Assembly: GCA_036172245.1 (NCBI GenBank)
Contig: JAYWIR010000058.1
Location: 732,644 to 752,643, forward strand
Length of the DNA stretch: 20,000 nt
From: Raillietiella orientalis
Lineage: Eukaryota
Direction: 5' to 3'
A program made the position numbers and the translations under genes. The first letter of the stretch is position 1. Each line of letters opens with the position of its first letter. A model generated the notes under the pieces. It was not told the DNA's origin. It saw only the letters and a list, made by a program, of their open reading frames with translations, and searched no databases. Below are positions 9,870 to 20,000 of the stretch, one piece after another.

Positions 9870-12800
9870 ATGGAATTCTGAGATCGGATCTCTTATGTCT
9901 AATCAAGTTGGCATCTACGGTGTACACAATGGATCCAGTTGAAGACGATCAAAGAAGAGAGCAATGCTGCAATTTGTCGGAAACCTTTCCTCTTTCTTCA
10001 TATTGTTAGTGACTTCTGCAGGACATTTGATCTGCCGTGAAAATTGATATCTTTAGATGGCTTGGTTTGTTGTTGCAGGGTCAGCAAAATACGCGTTGCA
10101 CAAAAGAGTATCCATCTGCATACTGCATACATTTTCTCCGTAAACATGTGAATTGGAAAAAATAGTGTTGCAACATGTGGTCTCATAATAGCTTGCGAAA
10201 AAGTGAATAGTTTGAAATTTTATTCATTGTCAAGGAAACCAATGTTGCAATCCAAAGAGCCATGATTGAGATTAATTGTATTTCAGAAAATAACATATTT
10301 TCGCATGTGTTCAAAATGATGTTTACCATTGCAAAAAGCCTTGGTGTCTTACTTACATACAAGAAAATTGACGTTGCCGACAATCGAAAACACGACAAAG
10401 TGGAAATTAGAGGTTTCGAAACACATTGGAATATGGTGTGAAATGTTAAAGACGGAGCGTCTGAAGATGCCAGAAGAGGATATAGAAGCTTTGTTTCTTT
10501 TGCTGTTCTCATGCGAAGCAGCTGTACATACAGCAGATTATACTATAAATTCAATCGGCATTAACAAACCGAGAATACGTTCTGTTGTGTAGCAAGCAAT
10601 TGCAACCAAATCAACATTTCAACCTCTGCACACGCATGACAACCGCGTTATACGAAGTTCGTTAAGATTAGCAGTGCTTATGGAAGGATAAAAAAGCAGC
10701 TTTGAAAATGCATAGATGATCCTAATCCTAGGTGTGCGTATAGTGGTGAGCAAACAGAAGCACTTTCTGTTATGGATGAAAGGCATGAAGCAGACCATTA
10801 GAAAAGAATTCACGACATTATTTTTAAAAGGCATTGTAGATAGCACCAAAATTGGCGAAGCAGTGGTTGCTGAATGGTCGTCGATACGAAATATGCAACT
10901 GGTACACTCATGTCAAAGAGTCGGTTTTTACAGTTTCCTATTTTGAAATCTCGTAACTCAATTCTGGTAGCAAGAATGGAATTCTGAGATCGGATCTCTT
11001 ATGTCTAATCATGTTGGCATCTAAGGTGTACACAATGGATCCAGTTGAAGACGATCAAAGAAGAGAGCAATGCTGCAATTTGTCGGAAACCTTTCCTCTT
11101 TCTTCATTTTGTTAGTGACTTCTGCAGGGAATTTGATCTGCCGTGAATATTGATATCTTTAGATGGCTTGGTTTGTTGTTGCAGGGTCAGCAAGATACGC
11201 GTTCCACAATAGAGTATCCATCTTCATACTGCATACATTTTCTCCGTTAACATGTGAATTGGAAAAAATAGTGTAGCAACATGTGGTCTCATGGTAGCTT
11301 GCGAAAAAGTCAATAGTTTGAAATTTTATTCATTGTCAAGGAAACCAATGTTGCAATCCAAAGAGCCATGATTGAGATTAATTGTATTTTAGAAAATAAC
11401 ATATTTTCGCATGTGTTCAAAATTATGTTTACCATTGCAAAAAGCCTTGGTGTCTTACTTACAAACAAGAAAATTGACGTTGCCGACAATGGAAAAGACG
11501 AAAAAGTGGTAATCAGAGGTTTCAAAACACATTTGAATATGGTGTGAAAAGTTAAAGACGAAGCGTCTGAAGATGCCAGAAGAGGATATAGAAGCTTCGT
11601 TTGGTTTGCTGTTCTCATGCGAAGCAGCTGTACATACAACAGGTTATACTATAAATGCAATCGGCATTAACAAACCGAGAATACGTTCTGTTGTGTAGCA
11701 AGCACTTGCAAGCAAATCAACATTTCAACCTCTGCACACGCATGACAACCGCGTTATACGAAGTTCGTTAAGATTAGCAGTGCTTATGGAAGGATAAAAA
11801 AACAGCTTTGATAATACATAGATGATCCTAATCCTAGGTGTGCGTATAGTGGTGTGCAAACAGAAGCACTTTCTGTTATGGATGAAAGGCATGAAGCAGA
11901 CCATTAGAAAAGAATTCACGACATTATTTTTAAAAGGCATTGTAGATAGCACCAAAATTGGCTAAGAAGTGGTTGCCGAATGGTCGTCGATACGAAATAT
12001 GCAACGGGTACACTCATGTCAAAGAGTCGGTTTTTACAATTTCATATTTTGAAATCTCGTAACTCAATTCTGGTAGCAAGAATGGAATTCTGAGATCGGA
12101 TCTCTTATGTCTAATCATGTTGGAATCTAAGGTGTACACAATGCATCCAGTTGAAGACGATCAAAGAAGAGAGCAATGCTGCAATTTTTTGGAAACCTTT
12201 CCTCTTTCTTCATATTGTTAGTGACTTCTGCAGGGAATTTGATCTGCCGTGAATATTGATATCTTTAGATGGCTTGGTTTGTTGTTGCAGGGTCAGCAAG
12301 ATACGCGTTCCACAATAGAGTATCCATCTTCATACTGCATACAGTTTCTCCGTTAACATGTGAATTGGAAAAAATAGTGTTGCAACATTTGGTCTCATGA
12401 TAGCTTGCGAAAAAGTCAATAGTTTGAAATTTTATTCATTGTCAAGGAAACCAATGTTACGTCAAAGAGCTCATGATTGAGATTAATTGTATTTCAGAAA
12501 ATAACATATTTTCGCATGTGTTCAAAATTATGTTTACCATTGCAAAAAGCCTTGGTGTCTTACTTACATACAAGAAAATCGCGTATGCTGACAATGGAAA
12601 AGAGAGGAAAGTGGAAACCAGAGATTTCTAAACACATTTGAATATGGTCATTTAAGTACGGAGCGTCTGAAGATGCCAGAAGAGGATATAGAAGCTTCGT
12701 TTGGTTTGCTGTTCTCATGCGAAGCAGCTGTACGTACAACAGATTATACTATAAATTCAATCGGCATTAACAAACCGAGAATACGTTCTGTTGTGTAGCA

Positions 12801-15800
12801 AGCACTTGCAAGCAAATCAACATTTCAACCTCTGCACACGCATGACAACCGCGTTATACGAAGTTCGTTAAGATTAGCAGTGCTTATGGAAGGATAAAAA
12901 AGCAGCTTTGAAAATGCATAGATGATCCTAATCCTAGGTGTGCGTATAGTGGTGAGCAAACAGAAGCACTTTCTGTTATGGATGAAAGGCATGAAGCAGA
13001 CCATTAGAAAAGAATTCACGACATTATTTTTAAAAGGCATTGTAGATAGCATTAAAATTGGCGAAGCAGTGGTTGCTGAATGGTCGTCGATACGAAATAT
13101 GCAACTGGTACACTCATGTCAAAGAGTCGGTTTTTACAGTTTCATATTTTGAAATCTCGTAACTCAATTCTGGTAGCAAGAATGGAATTCTGAGATCGGA
13201 TCTCTTATGTCTAATCATGTTGGCATCTAAGGTGTACACAATGGATCCAGTTGAAGACGATCAAAGAAGAGAGCAATGCTGCAATTTGTCGGAAACCTTT
13301 CCTCTTTCTTCATTTTGTTAGTGACTTCTGCAGGGAATTTGATCTGCCGTGAATATTGATATCTTTAGATGGCTTGGTTTGTTGTTGCAGGGTCAGCAAG
13401 ATACGCGTTCCACAATAGAGTATCCATCTTCATACTGCATACATTTTCTCCGTTAACATGTGAATTGGAAAAAATAGTGTAGCAACATGTGGTCTCATGG
13501 TAGCTTGCGAAAAAGTCAATAGTTTGAAATTTTATTCATTGTCAAGGAAACCAATGTTGCAATCCAAAGAGCCATGATTGAGATTAATTGTATTTTAGAA
13601 AATAACATATTTTCGCATATGTTCAAAATTATGTTTACCATTGCAAAAAGCCTTGGTGTCTTACTTACATACAAGAAAATTGACGTTGCCGACAATGGAA
13701 AAGACAAAAAAGTGGTAATCAGAGGTTTCAAAACACATTTGAATATGGTGTGAAAAAATAAGGACGGAGCGTCTGAAGATGCCAGAAGAGGATATAGAAG
13801 CTTCGTTTGGTTTCCTGTTCTCATGCGAAGCAGCTGTACGTACAACAGATTATACTATAAATTCAATCGGCATTAACAAACCGAGAATACGTTTTGTTGT
13901 GTAGCAAGCACTTGCAAGCAAATCAACATTTCAACCACTGCACACGCATGACAACCGCGTTATACGAAGTTCGTTAAGATTAGCAGTGCTTATGGAAGGA
14001 TAAAAAAGCAGCTTTCAAAATGCATAGATGATCCTAATCCTAGGTGTGCGTATAATGCAAACAGATGTACTTTTGTTATGGATGAAAGGCTTGAAGCAGA
14101 CCATTAGAAAAGAATTCACGACATTATTTTTAAAAGGCATTGTAGATAGCACCAAAATTGGCTAAGAAGTGGTTGCCGAATGGTCGTCGATACGAAATAT
14201 GCAACGGGTACACTCATGTCAAAGAGTCGGTTTTTACAATTTCATATTTTGAAATCTCGTAACTCAATTCTGGTAGCAAGAATGGAATTCTGAGATCGGA
14301 TCTCTTATGTCTAATCATGTTGGCATCTAAGGTGTACACAATGCATCCAGTTGAAGACGATCAAAGAAGAGAGCAATGCTGCAATTTGTCGGAAACCTTT
14401 CCTCTTTCTTCATATTGTTAGTGACTTCTGCAGGGAATTTGATCTGCCGTGAATATTGATATCTTTAGATGGCTTGGTTTGTTGTTGCAGGGTCAGCAAG
14501 ATACGCGTTCCACAATAGAGTATCCATCTTCATACTGCATACAGTTTCTCCGTTAACATGTGAATTGGAAAAAATAGTGTTGCAACATGTGGTCTCATGA
14601 TAGCTTGCGAAAAAGTCAATAGTTTGAAATTTTATTCATTGTCAAGGAAACCAATGTTGCAATCCAAAGAGCCATGATTGAGATTAATTGTATTTCAGAA
14701 AATAACATATTTTCGCATGTGTTCAAAATTATGTTTACCATTGCAAAAAGCCTTGGTGTCTTACTTACATACAAGAAAATTGACGTTGCCGACAATGGAA
14801 AAGACAAAAAAGTGGTAATCAGAGGTTTCAAAACACATTTGAATATGGTGTGAAACGTTAAAGACGGAGCGTCTGAAGATGCCAGAAGAGGATATAGAAG
14901 CTTTGTTTGGTTTGCTGTTCTTATGCGAAGCAGCTGTACATACAGCAGATTATACTATAAATTCAATCGGCATTAACAAACCGAGAATACGTTCTGTTGT
15001 GTAGCAAGCAATTGCAACCAAATCAACATTTCAACCTCTGCACACGCATGACAACCGCGTTATACGAAGTTCGTTAAGATTAGCAGTGCTTATGGAAGGA
15101 TAAAAAAACAGCTTTGAAAATGCATAGATGATCCTAATCCTAGGTGTGCGTATAGTGGTGTGCAAACAGAAGCACTTTCTGTTATGGATGAAAGGCATGA
15201 AGCAGACCATTAGAAAGAATTCACGACATTATTTTAAAAGGCATTGTAGATAGCACCAAAAATTGGCGAAGCAGTGAGACACTGAATGGTCGTCGATACG
15301 AAATATGCAACTGGTACCCTCATCTCAAGGAGGCGTTTCTTACAATTTCATACTGTTTAAATCCCTTAACTGAATTCTGGTGGCAAGGATGGAATTCTCA
15401 GAACTTATCTCTTATGTCTAATCACGTTGGCATCTAAGCTGTGCCCAATGGATTCATTTGAAGATGATCAAAGCAGGGAGCAATGCTGCAAACCGTGGAA
15501 AACCATTCCTCTTACTTGATATTGTTAGTGACTTCTGCGCTGAATTTGTTCAGTCGTGAAAATTGATATCTTCAGATGGCTTGGTTTGTTGTTGCAGGGT
15601 CAGCAAAATACGCTTTGCACAAAAGAGTATCCATCTTCATACTGCATACAGTTTCTCCGTTAACATGTGAATTGGAAAAAATAGTGTAGCAACATGTGGT
15701 CTCATGGTAGCTTGCGAAAAAGTCAATAGTTTGAAATTTTATTCATTGTCAAGGAAACCAATGTTGCAATCCAAAGAGCCATGATTGAGATTAATTGTAT

Positions 15801-18714
15801 TTTAGAAAATGTATATTTCGCATATGTTCAAAATTATGTTTACCATTGCAAAAAGCCTTGGTGTCTTACTTACATACAAGAAAATTGACGTTGCCGACAA
15901 TGGAAAAGACAAAAAAGTGGTAATCAGAGGTTTCAAAACACATTTGAATATGGTGTGAAAAGTTAAGGACGGAGCGTCTGAAGATGCCAGAAGAGGATAT
16001 AGAAGCTTCGTTTGGTTTCCTGTTCTCATGCGAAGCAGCTGTACGTACAACAGATTATACTATAAATTCAATCGGCATTAACAAACCGAGAATACGTTTT
16101 GTTGTGTAGCAAGCACTTGCAAGCAAATCAACATTTCAACCACTGCACACGCATGACAACCGCGTTATACGAAGTTCGTTAAGATTAGCAGTGCTTATGG
16201 AAGGATAAAAAACAGCTTTGAAAATGCATAGATGATCCTAATCCTAGGTGTGCGTATAGTGGTGTGCAAACAGAAACACTTTCTGTTATGGATGAAAGGC
16301 ATGAAGCAGACCATTAGAAAAGAATTCAGGACATTATTTTTTAAAGGCATTGTAGATAGCACCAAAATTGGCGAAGAAGTGGTTGCCGAATGGTCGTCGA
16401 TACGAAATATGCAACTGGTACACTCATGTCAAAGAGTCGGTTTTTACAGTTTCATATTTTTAAATCTCGTAACTCAATTCTGGTAGCAAGAATGGAATTA
16501 TGAGATCGGATCTCTTATGTCTAATCAAGTTGGCATCTAAGGTGTACACAATGGATCAGTTGAAGACGATCAAAGAGAGCAATGCTGCAATTTGTCGGAA
16601 CTTTCCTCTTTCTTCATATTGTTAGTGACTTCTGCAGGGAATTTGATCTGCCGTGAAAATTGATATCTTTAGATGGCTTGGTTTGTTGTTGCAGGGTCAG
16701 CAAAATACGCGTTGCACAAAAGAGTATCCATCTGCATACTGCATACATTTTCTCCGTTAACATGTGAATTGGAAAAAATAGTGTTGCAACATGTGGTCTC
16801 ATAATAGCTTGCGAAAAAGTGAATAGTTTGAAATTTTATTCATTGTCAAGGAAACCAATGTTGCAATCCAAAGAGCCATGATTGAGATTAATTGTATTTT
16901 AGAAAATAACATATTTTCGCATGTGTTCAAAATTATGTTTACCATTGCAAAAAGCCTTGGTGTCTTACTTACATACAAGAAAATTGACGTTGCCGACAAT
17001 GGAAAAGACAAAAAAGTGGTAATCAGAGTTTTCAAAACACATTTGAATATGGTCTGAAAAGTTAAAGACGGAGCGTCTGAAGATGCCAGAAGAGGATATA
17101 GAAGCTTCGTTTGGTTTGCTGTTCTCATGCGTAGCAGCTGTACATACAACAGATTATACTATAAATACAATCGGCATTAACAAACCGAGAATACGTTCTG
17201 TTGTGTAGCAAGCACTTGCAAGCAAATCAACATTTGAACCTCTGCACACGCATGACAACCGCGTTATACGAAGTTCGTTAAGATTAGCAGTGCTTATGGA
17301 AGGATAAAAAAGCAGCTTTGAAAATGCATAGATGATCTTAATCCTAGGTGTGCGTATAGTGGTGAGCAAACAGAAGCACTTTCTGTTATGGATGAAAGGC
17401 ATGAAGCAGACCATTAGAAAAGAATTCACGACATTATTTTTAAAAGGCATTGTAGATAGCACCAAAATTGGCGAAGCAGTGGTTGCCTAATGGTCGTCGA
17501 TACGAAATATGCAACTGGAACACTCATGTCAAAGAGTCGGTTTTTACAGTTTCAGATTTTGAAATCTCGTAACTCAATTCTGGTAGCAAGAATGGAATTC
17601 TGAGATCGGATCTCTTATGTCTAATCATGTTGGCATCTAAGGTGTACACAATGGATCCAGTTGAAGACGATCAAAGAAGAGAGCAATGCTGCAATTTGTC
17701 GGAAACCTTTCCTCTTTCTTCATTTTGTTAGTGACTTCTGCAGGGAATTTGATCTGCCGTGAATATTGATATCTTTAGATGGCTTGGTTTGTTGTTGCAG
17801 GGTCAGCAAGATACGCGTTCCACAATAGAGTATCCATCTTCATACTGCATACATTTTCTCCGTTAACATGTGAATTGGAAAAAATAGTGTAGCAACATGT
17901 GGTCTCATGGTAGCTTGCGAAAAAGTCAATGGTTTTGAAATTTTATTCATTGTCAAGGAAACCAATGTTTACGTCAAAAAATTACATGATTGAGATTAAT
18001 TGTATTTTAGAAAATAACATATTTTCGCATATGTTCAAAATTATGTTTACCATTGCAAAAAAGCCTTGGTGTCAAAGCCTTGATGTCTTACTTACATACA
18101 GGAAAATTGACGTTGCCGACAATGGAAAAGACAAAAAAGTGGTAATCAGAGGTTTCAAAACACATTTGAATATGGTGTGAAAAGCTAAAGACGGAGCGTC
18201 TGAAGATGCCAGAAGAGGATATAGAAGCTTCGTTTGGTTTGCTGTTCTCATGCGAAGCAGCTGTACGTACAACAGATTATACTATAAATTCAATCGGCAT
18301 TAACAAACCGAGAATACGTTCTGTTGTGTAGCAAGCACTTGCAAGCAAATCAACATTTCAACCTCTGCACACGCATGACAACCGTGTTATACGAAGGTCG
18401 TTAAGATTAGCAGTGCTTATGGAAGGATAAAAAAACAGCTTTGAAAATGCATAGATGATCCTAATCCTAGGTGTGCGTATAGTGGTGTGCAAGCAGAAGC
18501 ACTTTCTGTTATGGATGAAAGGCATGAAGCAGACCATTAGAAAAGAATTCACGACATTATTTTTAGAAGGCATTGTAGATAGCACCAAAATTGGCGAAGC
18601 AGTGGTTGCTGAATGGTCGTCGATACGAAATATGCAACTGGTACACTCATGTCAAAGAGTCGGTTTTTACAGTTTCATATTTTGAAATCTCGTAACTCAA
18701 TTCTGGTAGCAAGA
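9870..18714. repeat. Imperfect dimeric (~2.2-kb) higher-order repeat domain
   Basis: GTGTAGCAAC with CATGGTAGC occurs at 11271, 13477, 15684 and 17887 (spacing 2206, 2207, 2203). It alternates with GTGTTGCAAC at 10165, 12377, 14577 and 16781. Confidence 0.75.
15315..15625. repeat. Diverged patch related to, but distinct from, the B type
   Basis: Carries B-like CATACTGTT, GCAAGGATGG and CAAAGCAGGGAGCAATGCTGCAAACCGT, plus private variants (CTCAGAACTTATCTC, GCTGTGCCCAATGG). Confidence 0.8.
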
Positions 18715-20000
18715 ATGGAATTCTGAGATCGGATCTCTTATGTCTAATCATGTTGGCATCTAAGGTGTACACACTGGATCCAGTTGAAGACGATCAAAGA
18801 AGAGAGCAATGCTGCAATTTGTCGGAAACCTTTCCTCTTTCTTCATTTTGTTAGTGACTTCTGCAGAATTTGATCTGCCGTGAATATTGATATCTTTAGA
18901 TTGCTTGGTTTGTTGTTGCAGGGTCAGCAAGATACGCGTTCCAATGCTACACTTGCTTGAGCATACTGCAGCATTTTCTCCATTAACATGGTGGAAAAAA
19001 TAGTGTAGCAACATGTGGTCTCATGGTAGCTTGCGAAAAAGTCAATAGTTTGGGGTACATTGTTGTCAAGGAAACCAATGTTGCAATCCAAAGAGCGATG
19101 ATTGAGATTAATTGTATTTTAGAAAATAACATATTTTCGCATGTGTTCAAAATTATGTTTACCATTGCAAAAAGCCTTGGTGTCTTACTTACAAACAAGA
19201 AAATTGACGTTGCCGACAATGGAAAAGACGAAAAAGTGGTAATCAGAGGTTTCAAAACACATTTGAATATGGTGTGAAAAGTTAAAGACGAAGCGTCTGA
19301 AGATGCCAGAAGAGGATATAGAAGCTTCGTTTGGTTTGCTGTTCTCATGCGAAGCAGCTGTACATACACCAGGTTATACTATAAATGCAATCGGCATTAA
19401 CAAACCGAGAATACGTTCTGTTGTGTAGCAAGCACTTGCAAGCAAATCAACATTTCAACCTCTGCACACGCATGACAACCGCGTTATACGAAGTTCGTTA
19501 AGATTAGCAGTGCTTATGGAAGGATGAAAAAACAGCTTTGAAAATGCATAGATGATCCTAATCCTAGGTGTGCGTATAGTGGTGTGCGAACAGAAGCACT
19601 TTCTGTTATGGATGAAAGGCATGAAGCAGACCATTAGAAAAGAATTCACGACATCATTTTGAAAAGGCATTGTAGATAGCACCAAAATTGGCGAAGAAGT
19701 TGTTGCCGAATGGTCGTCGATACGAAATATGCAACTGGTACACTCATGTCAAAGAGTCGGTTTTTACAGTTTCATATTTTGAAATCTCGTAACTCAATTC
19801 TGGTAGCAAGAATGGAATTCTGAGATCGGATCTCTTATGTCTAATCATGTTGGCATCTAAGGTGTACACAATGCATCCAGTTGAAGACGATCAAAGAAGA
19901 GAGCACTGCTGCAATTTGTCGGAAACCTTTCCTCTTTCTTCATATTGTTAGTGACTTCTGCAGGGAATTTGATCTGCCGTGAATATTGATATCTTTAGAT

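Larger units (their letters stand above)
1..20000. repeat. Tandem array (satellite/macrosatellite) of a ~1106-bp monomer, ~18 copies, truncated by both window ends
   Basis: The anchor ATGGAATTC (or its variant) starts at 1053, 2161, 3267, 4336, 5442, 6549, 7656, 8764, 9870, 10976, 12082, 13182, 14282, 15389, 16492, 17592, 18715 and 19812. Spacings are 1108, 1106, 1069, 1106, 1107, 1107, 1108, 1106, 1106, 1106, 1100, 1100, 1107, 1103, 1100, 1123 and 1097. There is no spacer or unique sequence between units. The same short ORFs recur at this period. Confidence 0.98.

Noticed and set aside
76..19685. The recurring 60-130 aa ORFs on both strands (MILILGVR..., MVLSTMPF..., MYVQLLRM...) as a tandem gene family
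   Set aside because: They overlap on opposite strands, gain and lose stops and frameshifts between copies, show no recognisable domain, and variants show no third-position bias. They recur only because the DNA repeats.
1..20000. One giant repeat protein read with an alternative genetic code
   Set aside because: 1106 is not divisible by 3, and unit lengths vary by non-triplet amounts. The frames I translated by hand mostly contain both TGA and TAA/TAG stops, so no single reassignment opens a continuous frame.
1..20000. CRISPR array or integron-like cassette array
   Set aside because: The whole unit repeats. There are no unique spacers or cassettes between short repeats and no cas or integrase gene.

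Overview
The whole window is one uninterrupted head-to-tail tandem array of a ~1106-bp, moderately AT-rich monomer, about 18 copies, all in the same orientation and running off both ends. It looks like a long-monomer satellite/macrosatellite, most likely eukaryotic. I cannot name the family or organism from the sequence. I find no supportable protein-coding gene, RNA gene, transposon or CRISPR array. The listed ORFs recur once per monomer, the unit length is not a multiple of 3, and variant positions show no codon-position bias. The interesting content is the internal organisation. A major monomer type (A) is patched with tracts of a strongly diverged type (B). Diagnostic variants recur every 3 or 6 monomers in the left half but alternate every 2 monomers in the right half. 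A 44-bp box stays essentially invariant inside the most diverged monomers, and one monomer has lost most of that box through a 38-bp deletion flanked by GAAA microhomology. Several scrambled patches after 12.4 kb may be sequencing or consensus errors. All counts are manual and need confirming by alignment.
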